From positions 1,600,001-1,664,000 of the forward strand of contig OY776215.1 in assembly GCA_963675495.1 (NCBI GenBank): a DNA stretch of 64,000 bases. The letters run 5' to 3'. Source of the stretch: an uncultured Methanolobus sp. (GTDB lineage Archaea > Halobacteriota > Methanosarcinia > Methanosarcinales > Methanosarcinaceae). Position numbers and translations under genes: made by a program. Below the pieces are notes generated by a model, which was not told the origin of the DNA, made no database searches, and saw only the letters and a list, made by a program, of their open reading frames with translations. Of this stretch, positions 18,980 through 29,071 are shown piece after piece (the stretch's first letter is position 1; every line of letters begins with the position of its first letter).

Positions 18980-19939
18980 ATGATACATAGACATTCAAGC
19001 TATTTTTTCCTTATATTGCTTCTTATTTTATTCTCCGCAGCATCCACCGGATGCCTGCGGGATTTCGATGATGAAACGAGATTGATGATATCCGACATCG
19101 AAATATCTAAAGACAGTGTCAAAAGCACCCATGCCTGGTTCAATGTGACCACATACGTCGAAAACCGGGGAGCTGACAGCAACGGCAATTCAACCGTTAT
19201 GCTCAAAGTATTCAACGAGCGGACTGGTTTGCTGGAACTGAAACAGGAAGAAGACATTGGGTCTCTGAAAGAGGGCGAAACCAAAATGGTAAGTCAAAAG
19301 ATACGTCTTCCAAAAAGTGGCAGCTACCGTATCAGTGCAATTATCACTAGTGATGGGGAAATGGGATATGACAGATGGATGACGCTTTCCGGGCTGGAAA
19401 ATCTGCCAACTGATATGCAGGAAACGGGCATGCGGATAGAAGGAATTGATTTCATAGCAAGGGAAACAAGTTCCAAAGGTGTTGTAATTGAAAATGACAT
19501 CTACCTGAAGAATGAAGGTGTAGAAACCACAGAGGACTATCGCATACTTGTGAAAGCTAGAGAGATGGATGCACGGCTCATTGCAGACAAAAAGTGGATC
19601 AATTCAAGTGAAATTGAGCCTGAAAATACCATCATCAGAAGCGTCAATCTAACCGTACCGGACAACTACAATTACATTGTCGAGATCAGTATATGGGATG
19701 GTAACACCATAGTAAATACCGGAGAAGACTACGTTCAACTTAATCCTGAAAAGATAATAAACAGGGATCAGCAGGTCCAGAGTAAGGATATAGATACCAC
19801 TGATTTTGTAGTTGAAGATGACTATGAATGGGAATATACAGAAGAAACTGCCGAGGAAGAAAGCCCTGGGTTTACAGCAATTTTTGCGGCAATAGCCCTC
19901 ATCTCAGCACTATACATCGCAAGGAGGAAATTGCAATGA
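18980..19939 (+). CDS. Cell-surface protein with PGF-CTERM sorting signal and lipobox-like N-terminus
   Basis: C-terminal SPGF + TM helix + RRK; N-terminal signal ending AASTGC. Confidence 0.8.
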   Translation: MIHRHSSYFFLILLLILFSAASTGCLRDFDDETRLMISDIEISKDSVKSTHAWFNVTTYVENRGADSNGNSTVMLKVFNERTGLLELKQEEDIGSLKEGETKMVSQKIRLPKSGSYRISAIITSDGEMGYDRWMTLSGLENLPTDMQETGMRIEGIDFIARETSSKGVVIENDIYLKNEGVETTEDYRILVKAREMDARLIADKKWINSSEIEPENTIIRSVNLTVPDNYNYIVEISIWDGNTIVNTGEDYVQLNPEKIINRDQQVQSKDIDTTDFVVEDDYEWEYTEETAEEESPGFTAIFAAIALISALYIARRKLQ

Positions 19940-20241
19940 GCGAGGAAAAGGAGACTAAGAAAATAAAAGAAGAGAAGGCCATAGTAGCTCCGAAAGTGAA
20001 CACAAAAGAAAAAAAGGACACAACTGTTGAGGACTATTTCAAAGGCGGTCTTTTCGTACTGTTGGGCATCATCATTGCTATTGCTGCATTGCAATTCTAT
20101 TTCACAGTGGACAGCATAATTTACACATGGTTCAAGCATGAATATGTGCCCATAATCAAAGCTTTATACAACCTGACTGTGATTGTGGTCAGTTTGTACA
20201 TCCTCAAAAATTATGTATTAAAGAGTAAGGAAAAGAAGTAA
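19936..20241 (+). CDS. Small two-TM membrane protein
   Basis: ATG 19936 after AGGAGG, ATGA overlap with upstream stop; two hydrophobic helices. Confidence 0.7.
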   Translation: MSEEKETKKIKEEKAIVAPKVNTKEKKDTTVEDYFKGGLFVLLGIIIAIAALQFYFTVDSIIYTWFKHEYVPIIKALYNLTVIVVSLYILKNYVLKSKEKK

Positions 20242-20323
20242 TTTCTTTTCCCTTTTCAACTTTCTTTTTAACCCGCTTTTTTGGCTATCTTTTATATACT
20301 CTAAACTCATCTGAGCAAATATC

Positions 20324-22810
20324 ATGCTTAGAACTCCTGAACTTTTAGCCCCTGCCGGAAATATGGAATCACTCATAGCTGCCGTAGAGAACGGTGCAGA
20401 TGCAGTATATCTTGGAATCAAGGATTTCAGCGCCAGGGCATACGCAGGCAATTTCACCATAGAGGAATTCAAGGAGGCGCTTGACTTCGCCCACCTTCGA
20501 GGAGTTAAGGTCTACGTTACCATGAACACACTCATCAAGGATAGTGAGATGAAAATGGCTCTTCGACTCATGTACACCCTTGATGAATTGGGAACTGATG
20601 CCATCATTGTGCAGGACATGGGCTTATTGTCACTTGCCAGAGAAATGATTCCCACACTTCCGGTGCACGCAAGCACCCAGATGACCATCCACAGCACTGA
20701 AGGAGTCCTTTTACTGAAGGAAATGGGTGTCAAAAGAGCAGTCCTTGCAAGGGAACTCTCGCTTGAAGAGATAAAAACAATCAAATCAGAAACCGGAGTA
20801 GAAATTGAGGCTTTCGTACACGGGGCACTCTGTATCTGCTACTCAGGTCAGTGTCTCATGAGCAGTTTGATAGGAGGCAGGAGTGGCAACCGGGGATACT
20901 GCGCCCAACCATGCCGCAAACAATACAAATTACTGAATGACGGACTGGAAAAAAAAACAGAAGGGAAATATCTTCTAAGTCCAAAAGATCTAAACACATC
21001 AGAGTTGCTACCTGAACTTGTAAATTCAGGAATTGATTCCTTCAAAATAGAAGGCCGTATGAAACGCCCCGAATACGTTGCCGGGGTCGTAAGCATATAC
21101 CGCCGCCTGATAGATAGATTTGCAACAGACCCGAACAATTACTTCGTAACTCAGGAAGAATCTGCACAACTTGAGCAACTCTTCAACAGAGAATTCACAA
21201 CGGCTTATTTTGAAGGTGACCCTGCAGGTGACCTTATGAGTCGCCAAAGACCACACAACCAGGGTATCGTGGTTGGAAAAGTGAGGGGATACAACCAGAA
21301 ACGCAGCAGTCTGTTGATAGAACTCACAGGAGAACTTGAATTAGGAGATGGAATTGGCTTTGAAGGTTATCGCGACTCAGGAACTATAATAAGAGGGATG
21401 TTTGTCGATAACGAGCCGGTAAAGAATGCAGGAAAGGGAGACATCATCTCCACTAATTTCGAAGATGAACTTAAGGCCGGAACAATCGTTTACAAAACAC
21501 TGGATGATTCCTTGATGAAAGAACTACAGAATTCTTTCACCTCACCTTCACCAATACGCAAGATTCCCGTATCCATCGGTATGAAAGCACATGTCGGAGA
21601 GAAAATGGAACTCTCAGTTTCTGATGATGACAATAACATCTCAGAGATCATTTCCGATTATGTGGTTGAAAGGTCCCAGAAAAGGCCAACAACTGCAGAA
21701 GATGTGAAAAAACAACTTTCCAAAACAGGGAACACAGTTTTCGAGCCTGCGGATATCAATATAGACATCCCTGAGGATGCGTTCATACCGATAAGGGAAC
21801 TAAACAACGCAAGGACTGAAGCAATATCAGAAATTGAGAAATTGAGGATAGAAAAATACAGAAGACCGCCACACATCAAGCCTCCCACAGATAGTGCTCC
21901 GACAGCAGAAGATGAAAAAGAAGAGAAGGAACCGGAGACCAGTGAAAAAAGAACACTGCTTTCTGTGAGTGTAAACAATTCCAAAGCCCTCAAATCTGCA
22001 ATCAAGGGTGGAGCAGATATCGCATATCTTGATAGCGATGGAAAGATGCTTGAAAATGAAGAGTGGAGCTCGGCCATTGCTTTTGCTACAGAAAAAGAAG
22101 TACCATTATACATCCATACCCCTGTGATCGTAAAAGACGGAGAAATGGGAAAACTTACGGACAGGATAGAACTTGCAAAAAAGCTAGGTTTTGGTGGAAT
22201 TGTAGTCGCAAATGCGGGAGTTTTCAGAATGATTTTGGAATCAGCAGCATCCGATATGAAAATTATCACTGACAGTTCCATGAATGTATTCAACCGCTAT
22301 ACCCTTGAATTTTTGACAGAGAAAGGCGCAGATACAGTAGTTCTTTCAGCGGAAATGAATCTCGGACAGATAACAAAGATAGCAAAATACGGCAATTGCG
22401 AATACATCGTACATGGCGGCATTCAGGTAATGGAATCCGAACATTGTCTTATAGGTGGCATACTGGGCGACAAGGATGATTGCGGTTCCCATTGTAAGAG
22501 GGGTAAATTCGAGTTAGTTGATGAGAAAGGTTATGAATTTTTGGTAAGAACGGATTCAGATTGCAGAACACATATCTATAACTCAAGGGAACTCTGCCTG
22601 CTGGAAGACGTACCTCACCTTATCAATGCAGGTCTTTCAAGGCTCAGAATAGATGCAAGGACCATGAAGGACGAACATGTGGAAAAAGCCACACGTGCCT
22701 ATAGGGATGGAATCGATTCTCACTTCAGTAAAAACAAAAGGCAAGCATGGGAATCCAGTGACATCAGTGAATATCACACAAGAGGACATTACCACAGAGG
22801 AGTACTATGA
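20324..22810 (+). CDS. U32 peptidase family protein with DUF3656 (RlhA/TrhP-like RNA hydroxylase)
   Basis: PELLAPAG, GADAVYLG, HASTQ, EAFVHGALCICYSGQC...NRGYCAQPCR Fe-S motif, KIEGRMK. Confidence 0.9.
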   Translation: MLRTPELLAPAGNMESLIAAVENGADAVYLGIKDFSARAYAGNFTIEEFKEALDFAHLRGVKVYVTMNTLIKDSEMKMALRLMYTLDELGTDAIIVQDMGLLSLAREMIPTLPVHASTQMTIHSTEGVLLLKEMGVKRAVLARELSLEEIKTIKSETGVEIEAFVHGALCICYSGQCLMSSLIGGRSGNRGYCAQPCRKQYKLLNDGLEKKTEGKYLLSPKDLNTSELLPELVNSGIDSFKIEGRMKRPEYVAGVVSIYRRLIDRFATDPNNYFVTQEESAQLEQLFNREFTTAYFEGDPAGDLMSRQRPHNQGIVVGKVRGYNQKRSSLLIELTGELELGDGIGFEGYRDSGTIIRGMFVDNEPVKNAGKGDIISTNFEDELKAGTIVYKTLDDSLMKELQNSFTSPSPIRKIPVSIGMKAHVGEKMELSVSDDDNNISEIISDYVVERSQKRPTTAEDVKKQLSKTGNTVFEPADINIDIPEDAFIPIRELNNARTEAISEIEKLRIEKYRRPPHIKPPTDSAPTAEDEKEEKEPETSEKRTLLSVSVNNSKALKSAIKGGADIAYLDSDGKMLENEEWSSAIAFATEKEVPLYIHTPVIVKDGEMGKLTDRIELAKKLGFGGIVVANAGVFRMILESAASDMKIITDSSMNVFNRYTLEFLTEKGADTVVLSAEMNLGQITKIAKYGNCEYIVHGGIQVMESEHCLIGGILGDKDDCGSHCKRGKFELVDEKGYEFLVRTDSDCRTHIYNSRELCLLEDVPHLINAGLSRLRIDARTMKDEHVEKATRAYRDGIDSHFSKNKRQAWESSDISEYHTRGHYHRGVL

Positions 22811-23226
22811 ACGTATTCCTTTCAGCATCAATCAGAGGGGGCAGGGATATGCTGTCCACTTATATTGAGATGTGTAACTATCTTCAAGAAAATGGACATG
22901 ATGTACTTAGCTGGCATGTGGCTGACCCGGAACTTGAAAAAACAGAGTCACTGCTAACTGAGCAGGAGATATACATACGCGATATGGAGTTCCTTGAAAA
23001 AAGTCATTGTGTGATAGCAGAAGTCAGCACGCCTTCCATTGGCGTTGGTTATGAAATATCCAGCGCACTACACAGAGAACTTCCGGTCCTGTGTTTACAC
23101 ACACCTGATTCAAATGTTTCTGCGATGATACTTGGAGATAAAAGAATCATCACCAAAGAATATGATAGCATCAATTCCATGAAGGAAGAAATTGACAGTT
23201 TCCTTGATGCTTCCAGCAAATATTAA
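22807..23226 (+). CDS. Nucleoside 2-deoxyribosyltransferase-like protein (DNPH1/Rcl-type deoxynucleotide N-hydrolase)
   Basis: SIRGGR, IYIRD, AEVSTPSIGVGYEI, SAMILG motifs; ATGA overlap with the U32 gene. Confidence 0.85.
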   Translation: MNVFLSASIRGGRDMLSTYIEMCNYLQENGHDVLSWHVADPELEKTESLLTEQEIYIRDMEFLEKSHCVIAEVSTPSIGVGYEISSALHRELPVLCLHTPDSNVSAMILGDKRIITKEYDSINSMKEEIDSFLDASSKY

Positions 23227-23276
23227 TTTATTAGTAATCATTAAATACTTATCATCGTAATATAAAAGTGGTGATC

Positions 23277-23522
23277 ATGGTAACTGAAATAATAATTCTT
23301 ATCGTAGCTATTGTAGCTGCAATTCTTCTCTGGAAAGTGCTGAAGACTGTAAAGAACATGGTAATAAACACTATCATGGGACTTATAGTGCTCGTTGTCG
23401 CAAACCTGGCATTAGGGCTGGAAATTGCTTACGACTGGATAGTCATTCTGATCTGTGCAATTGCAGGCGTCGTAGGTGCATTACTGATAATTGCATTAAG
23501 CTATCTTGGAATTGCATTCTAA
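23277..23522 (+). CDS. Small membrane protein, BofA-like
   Basis: Three TM segments; INTIMGLIVL...ICAIAGVVGALL pattern; SD GGTGA. Confidence 0.7.
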   Translation: MVTEIIILIVAIVAAILLWKVLKTVKNMVINTIMGLIVLVVANLALGLEIAYDWIVILICAIAGVVGALLIIALSYLGIAF

Positions 23523-24181
23523 AAGCGGGCTATTGCCCTTATATGGTGGCGCCTGTGAGGTTTGCCACTGAATATTTTTTCTGAAATAATATCTTTCATT
23601 TCTATTATCTCAAATCCGCAGAGCAGAGATGAAAGTTCCTCTTTAGTAAAGTAATGGTATATGATACCGCTTTTTCTGCGGAATGTGTTTCTTTCGATCT
23701 CTTCACCACCATACCTCATATCCTCGGTCCCAAAAACCTCAATGACAAGAATAGACCTACTTTTCATTACTCTTCTTATCTCACTTATTGCCACCTTTCT
23801 TTCCTCTTCCAGCAGATGCTGGACGACACCAAGACACAGAACAGCATCAAAAGAGCTATCCAAAAAAGGAAGCGAGGTTATGCTCGACACAAGACATTCA
23901 GCCTGCAAATTCTCCTTGCTATTGCTCTTACTGATGTAAGAGCGAGCCCTGCTAACAGCAGTTGCTGACACATCAGTGCCCACGGACTTATATTTCCGGG
24001 ATAGAGGAAGAAGGAACCTGCCATTTCCACAACCAATATCAAGCACACTGGAGGAAGGGGCTATCAACCCCTCAAGCATTGAGATAGACCTGGGACCACC
24101 CCAGGTCACATGTTTGTATTCTTCATCCCAGGCAAAGAAATGAGACTTTGAACTATTGCCTGGGAAAGAACTGTTTTCCAT
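23519..24181 (-). CDS. Class I SAM-dependent methyltransferase
   Basis: VLDIGCGNGR motif I, LPFLDSSFDAV. Confidence 0.88.
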   Translation of the reverse strand: MENSSFPGNSSKSHFFAWDEEYKHVTWGGPRSISMLEGLIAPSSSVLDIGCGNGRFLLPLSRKYKSVGTDVSATAVSRARSYISKSNSKENLQAECLVSSITSLPFLDSSFDAVLCLGVVQHLLEEERKVAISEIRRVMKSRSILVIEVFGTEDMRYGGEEIERNTFRRKSGIIYHYFTKEELSSLLCGFEIIEMKDIISEKIFSGKPHRRHHIRAIARF

Positions 24182-24183
24182 GA

Positions 24184-25776
24184 TCAGGGTCTGTATGCTG
24201 CTGCATCCCTGAAGCGTTTGATAAGGAAATCCTTCTCAAGTGAGGAAAGGAACCAGCCAGCCTTTGGACCTGATGCCTGGTCGAGTACAGAGATGTATAT
24301 TGCCTTGAAGAGTTCCTTAGGATTTACTTCCAATGACTCCGGACTTACGTCCATTGCAGCTGCGATCATTGTATTTAATTCAGAACCAGCTTCTTTTGAG
24401 GAATATACCAGGTTATGATAGTCCTCGCCTGTTAATTCTCCACTTTTTTCCAGTATGTCTGAAAATGAATTCAGGAAAGCTCTCTGGAAAGGAGTGAGAT
24501 TTGCAGCATTTACAGAGATTCCTTCCTGTACACTGAACTTTGCATTGTCAGGAGCATACATCTCAAGCCAGTTTCCGACATTATCAGTGAGCTCACGTAT
24601 GCACTTCTCATTTGAAGTATCATAGCCTGCTCTTTTGACAATGCCCATAATTTTGTCAAAATCACCTGCAGCAACCTGATATATCGTTGTCATATGCTTG
24701 AAGGGGATATCCGTATGGCAAATCCCCGCTGCGTGTGAGAGTTCTATCATCCTTTTATCGTATGATGTAGCCTTGTCACTTGAGTGCAGGCGCTCGAACT
24801 CATCCACAAGTGTGAGCAGTGGTAATGCCGGATCGAACCTGATATGCTTTTCGGGTTTTGTGCGGATGATAAGGTAACGAAGTACCTCAGGAGGAACTAC
24901 CTTGAGCATATCTGAAATGGAAACAACAACACCGGTTGATGATGACATGGCACCTTTTTTACCTAACATGATCCATTCGTAGACTATCGGGTGTGGAGCC
25001 TCAGAACCGAATATATCTTTGACTATATCCTGCCCCGTATCATATGAACCGCCCCTTGATGCGTGATCTTTTCCGAAAGGCTCTACTGAAACCCCAAGTG
25101 CCTTCCATCTTGCTGGCCAGTCAACACGCCATGTTAACTTGCCGCCACCCTTCATAGGCACTGTTCCATTATGCCCACATGAACATTCATAATCCACAGT
25201 CTCTGCATCCAGGTCAAAACCTGTCACAACTGTCGTGTTGACCTTACCGCATTCAAGGCAAATTGGATTGAAAGGGTTCCAGGTCTCGACCGGAGTCTTT
25301 CCTGACCTTTTCTGAAGGATCGCTGAAATCTCATCCTTCTTTGCAAGGGCCTGCTTTATAGCTTCAACATAGACACCCTCTTTGTAGAGTTCATCTGCCC
25401 TGTAGACTTTCGGATGGATTCCCAGATGATCAAGAGCTTCAAGGAAAGGTTCAAGGAAGTGTTCCGAATAATTCTTGTGTTCACCGCATGGACATGGGAT
25501 CTCCGAAAGAGGTTTTCCAACATGTTCTGCATAACTTTCATCCAGAAAAGGATAGACTTTTCTAAGTGGATCGTAGGTATCTGCAATATAAATGAACTCA
25601 GCCTCTGCACCTTTGTCAATAAGAGCCCTGTATGCTACATCTGCAGTTACGACCTCGCGCATGTTACCAATATGAATGTGACCTGAGGGAGTGATGCCTG
25701 TTGCAACAAGATGCTTTTTGCCTTTTGCCAGCACCTCGTCTGCTATAACATCTGCCCAATGTGTAATCTCTGCCAT
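24184..25776 (-). CDS. lysS: Lysine--tRNA ligase, class I
   Basis: [16 protein letters not shown] (HIGH), [26 protein letters not shown] (KMSKS-like). Confidence 0.96.
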   Translation of the reverse strand: MAEITHWADVIADEVLAKGKKHLVATGITPSGHIHIGNMREVVTADVAYRALIDKGAEAEFIYIADTYDPLRKVYPFLDESYAEHVGKPLSEIPCPCGEHKNYSEHFLEPFLEALDHLGIHPKVYRADELYKEGVYVEAIKQALAKKDEISAILQKRSGKTPVETWNPFNPICLECGKVNTTVVTGFDLDAETVDYECSCGHNGTVPMKGGGKLTWRVDWPARWKALGVSVEPFGKDHASRGGSYDTGQDIVKDIFGSEAPHPIVYEWIMLGKKGAMSSSTGVVVSISDMLKVVPPEVLRYLIIRTKPEKHIRFDPALPLLTLVDEFERLHSSDKATSYDKRMIELSHAAGICHTDIPFKHMTTIYQVAAGDFDKIMGIVKRAGYDTSNEKCIRELTDNVGNWLEMYAPDNAKFSVQEGISVNAANLTPFQRAFLNSFSDILEKSGELTGEDYHNLVYSSKEAGSELNTMIAAAMDVSPESLEVNPKELFKAIYISVLDQASGPKAGWFLSSLEKDFLIKRFRDAAAYRP

Positions 25777-25984
25777 TATTTCACCGATCTATGAGTAAGA
25801 ATATTGAATATTTAGCTGTTCGAAAGCCAGTATCCTTAGATGATCGTTACTATTATAATCTTTGCTAAAGGAGAAAATACAATCGGGATTCGAATAAGAG
25901 GTTTTTGTCCTCTTACGGACAGATGATGACCTCATACAAATGCAACTCGAAAGATATTAATAAACAAGTAGTATTCTGGTAAAT

Positions 25985-26209
25985 ATGACCCGTATCACCC
26001 AGAGCTTGCACAGGATGTCGATAAGCACTTCAGAGGATATCTTCAATATGAAAAATCAACGAGATCCTGAAACAAACGAGCTGTGGCCTTTTTTAGTTGT
26101 TCACGGAAACCATGCCACCATCAATAAAGAAGTGGTTGTATATGACGAGGAAGGCGTATATCAGGTATATACAAAAAATGTCATGTCAAAAAAAGAACTG
26201 AATGAATAA
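25985..26209 (+). CDS. Hypothetical small protein
   Basis: 74-aa ORF filling the gap between lysS and a convergent gene; no recognisable motif. Confidence 0.4.
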   Translation: MTRITQSLHRMSISTSEDIFNMKNQRDPETNELWPFLVVHGNHATINKEVVVYDEEGVYQVYTKNVMSKKELNE

Positions 26210-26221
26210 GAGTAGGAAATT

Positions 26222-27007
26222 CTACCAATATGTCTTGAAGTTCAAAAGTTCTTCGACCATATCCCATTCCTCACCGAAGAACTCGTAATCCTTTATAAGA
26301 TTACCATTATAACTGATGTTATCAATGAAACCGTACCAGTAAACTATCATACCGATACCATAGTTTTCCTCATATTCCCTGAATTGTTTTTTAATGTAAT
26401 AGGCATGTTCCTTTTCATCACCAAAAAGAGCTTTGCTTTCTATCCAGGAAACCTGTACACCATCGACCTCAAGTTCTTCATCCAGCAGAAAGTCAGGAGT
26501 TTTTGTGAAGCCCTCAGCCCTCAAGTCATTTTCTGATCTGTAAGTCAGTCCTTTTTCAGTGAGCCATGTCGCAAGAACAGATTCCCCCAGCTCTCCCTTT
26601 TCCGCATGCAGATCATGTGCCTTCGGGGAAAAGAAGTAATCGAATTCCATTGCTTCCAGAACTTCCTTTTTGAGGCGGCCATCCGGATAATCATCCAGGT
26701 TCCTTAGGAAACCTTTCTTTGGAATACCCATCTCCTTGAGCAGCATTGAAACCATAAGAGTCGCAGGTATATCATTTTTCTTTGCGATCTCTGATATACT
26801 ATTGCCTTTTTTCCACTGTCTGTAATGCCAAGGGCCCTTGTTCTTAACCTTTGAGAAAATCCTCTTGACCTTTGTAACGATCTTCTGATTAAGTATGGAA
26901 TGGATAGTACCAAGAGGCTGTTCAAACTGCTCAGCAACACTTTCTATGTCATTGACACTTTCCAGGCGGTCATATATCTTTTTATAGGTTTCAATATCCA
27001 TTCTCAT
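26222..27007 (-). CDS. C15orf41/CDIN1-family (TPD domain) PD-(D/E)xK nuclease-like protein
   Basis: GELGE...SENDLR...KTPDFLL...WIESKALFGD...Q...Y...YGIGMIVYWYGF. Confidence 0.8.
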   Translation of the reverse strand: MRMDIETYKKIYDRLESVNDIESVAEQFEQPLGTIHSILNQKIVTKVKRIFSKVKNKGPWHYRQWKKGNSISEIAKKNDIPATLMVSMLLKEMGIPKKGFLRNLDDYPDGRLKKEVLEAMEFDYFFSPKAHDLHAEKGELGESVLATWLTEKGLTYRSENDLRAEGFTKTPDFLLDEELEVDGVQVSWIESKALFGDEKEHAYYIKKQFREYEENYGIGMIVYWYGFIDNISYNGNLIKDYEFFGEEWDMVEELLNFKTYW

Positions 27008-27623
27008 TCAGTTCCTTCAGAATGCATTCATCACATCGGTTCCTGCCACAATAGGCTTTCGAATACTCAACTATGAGAGCATGGTATTCCTTATAGATAT
27101 CGATGTTTGTGGGAAGTTCTGTCTCAAACATCCGTTGTAGTCGCATATAATTACCTTCGATACCCATGCATTTCATCATACGAGTTGTATAGGCATCTAT
27201 GACGAATTTTGGTTTATTGGCAGCATAGAGTATAATACAATCTGCGGTTTCATTTCCAATGCCTTTAAGGGACAATATAATCTTGCGAAGTTCCTCCACA
27301 GGCATGGAAAAAACATCCTCCATCCCCTGTTCTGCAAAAAAAGTTGCTATTTCCTTAAGACGAGAAGCCTTCTGCCGATAAAAACCGCAACATCTCACAA
27401 GCCCTTGCAACAATTCAATATCGGCATCTGCAAGAGCCTCTATTTCAAGAAGATTGTTTTCTTTCAGGCCAATGATAGCTTTTTCTACATTTGTCCATTT
27501 TGTCTGTTGGGTAAGCAAAGCACCAATAACAACCTCAAATGCCGTTTCTGCAGGCCACCAGTGTTGTGGCCCCAGTTCATCCAGAAGCAAATAGTAGATT
27601 CTGCAAAGTGTTCCATTTTCCAT
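26991..27623 (-). CDS. Endonuclease III-like HhH-GPD DNA glycosylase
   Basis: GPQHWWPAETAFEVVIGALLTQQTKW, GFYRQKA, LKGIGNETADCIILYA, VIDAY, terminal C-x4-C-x2-C. Confidence 0.9.
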   Translation of the reverse strand: MENGTLCRIYYLLLDELGPQHWWPAETAFEVVIGALLTQQTKWTNVEKAIIGLKENNLLEIEALADADIELLQGLVRCCGFYRQKASRLKEIATFFAEQGMEDVFSMPVEELRKIILSLKGIGNETADCIILYAANKPKFVIDAYTTRMMKCMGIEGNYMRLQRMFETELPTNIDIYKEYHALIVEYSKAYCGRNRCDECILKELNENGY

Positions 27624-27638
27624 AATTATAAAGAAGAA

Positions 27639-28130
27639 CTATTCCCAAAATTCTTTCTCATAGTTCTCAGGAAGATCCAGGTCCATCACCTCATCCAGAG
27701 ACTTGATCTTCCTTTTATCTTTTTCCGTTTTCTCATCACTATGTCTTGATTCAATAACCGTAGTATCTTTGTTGTTGACAACCACTTCTTCCTGGCCCAC
27801 AACAGAAACCGGTTTCATTTCAGGTTTCGCAACAATGGTTTCAACATTATCATATACGGGTCTTTCAAGATGTTTCCTTTCCGTTGCCTTACTATCACCA
27901 GGTTCCGGCCAGGCTCTGCTTTCGCGCTCTGGTTGTTTTCCAAGCCTTGTGCGTATACTTTCAGCATAGGTGTCTACCATTGGCATGGACTTTGAAAGCT
28001 GTTTATGAGTTGAACTATACCCGATCACGCATTGCTCGTCCCCTGTACGCCATTCGACTACGTAAAGGTGGCAGTCTTTCTTCTTACAGTGGGAAACTCC
28101 GTCCCTGGGACAAACATCGGGTAACGTCAT
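27639..28130 (-). CDS. Hypothetical protein with Cys-rich N-terminus
   Basis: CPRDGVSHCKKKDCHLY...C followed by a charged, probably disordered region; fills the gap in a co-directional gene run; ends in TAG. Confidence 0.65.
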   Translation of the reverse strand: MTLPDVCPRDGVSHCKKKDCHLYVVEWRTGDEQCVIGYSSTHKQLSKSMPMVDTYAESIRTRLGKQPERESRAWPEPGDSKATERKHLERPVYDNVETIVAKPEMKPVSVVGQEEVVVNNKDTTVIESRHSDEKTEKDKRKIKSLDEVMDLDLPENYEKEFWE

Positions 28131-28154
28131 GATCAAACCTCAATATAATAATGA

Positions 28155-29003
28155 TTATATACTTCTTAAAGCATTGGCTATGAGAGGTGCGACACTTACA
28201 CAACTCTGTGCCTTTTCTATTGTATCTGTTGCAATGATATCTTTTACCCCCGCATTGAATAAGCGCAACACAGCATTTCTTGCCAATACCGGATGGACAC
28301 ATGCAAGATAAACATCCTTTGCACCCTGGGATTTAAGCAATTTTATAGATTCTGCCATGGTGCCTCCTGTGGCTATCATATCATCAATGATAATGATATC
28401 TCTGTCCATTACATCGACATGCTTGGCCTTGATAGAAACGGTGTCACCTGAATGACGGACCTTTTCCAGATAATCAAACTCAAAACCAACGTCATCTGCG
28501 GTGTTTTCTGCAAGGCTTATTGCACCCTTGTCAGGTGATACTATCAGGGGATCGCTGAGATTCAGGGACCTGATATGGTAACCGATCAAACGGGATGCAT
28601 CCAGGTCAAAAGCATCTGCATTGAAATAGTTCAGCACACTGGACTCATGGATATTCACAGTAAATATCCTGTCAGCGTTAATAGTCCTTGCAATTGCCCT
28701 TGCGGTTATGGGCTCACCTGTTTTGAATTTCTTATCCTGCCTTGCATATCCCATGTAGGGTATGACCACATTTATGACAGGTGAATCCTCGCAGGCGTCT
28801 ATCAGCTGCAGTAATGCAACAAGATCAGAGTCCGTAGTCGTACTCTGGATAATGGTAACTTCATCCACATCTTCATCAAGTATGCGTGAGTACAATTCTC
28901 CGTCAGGAAATTTTGTAAAGTCACACACAGTAGGGTCGATATTCATCTCCCTTGCAACCCTTGATGAAAGAGCCTGGGATGCTGGTCCTCCTATGATTTT
29001 CAA
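28155..29003 (-). CDS. prs: Ribose-phosphate pyrophosphokinase
   Basis: KFPDGE, PYMGYARQDK, SPDKGA, IIIIDDMIATGGTM PRT motif; TTG start with SD GAGGT. Confidence 0.95.
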   Translation of the reverse strand: MKIIGGPASQALSSRVAREMNIDPTVCDFTKFPDGELYSRILDEDVDEVTIIQSTTTDSDLVALLQLIDACEDSPVINVVIPYMGYARQDKKFKTGEPITARAIARTINADRIFTVNIHESSVLNYFNADAFDLDASRLIGYHIRSLNLSDPLIVSPDKGAISLAENTADDVGFEFDYLEKVRHSGDTVSIKAKHVDVMDRDIIIIDDMIATGGTMAESIKLLKSQGAKDVYLACVHPVLARNAVLRLFNAGVKDIIATDTIEKAQSCVSVAPLIANALRSI

Positions 29004-29071
29004 ATAATGTACCTCTTTAAGATTTGATTAATGGATAATTTGAATTCTTCCTAATGTACCACTATAATACA

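Noticed and set aside
25890-25980. TAAGAGG/CCTCTTA hairpin and ATGATGA C-box-like word upstream of lysS
   Set aside because: No matching CTGA D box at a suitable distance; too weak to call a C/D sRNA
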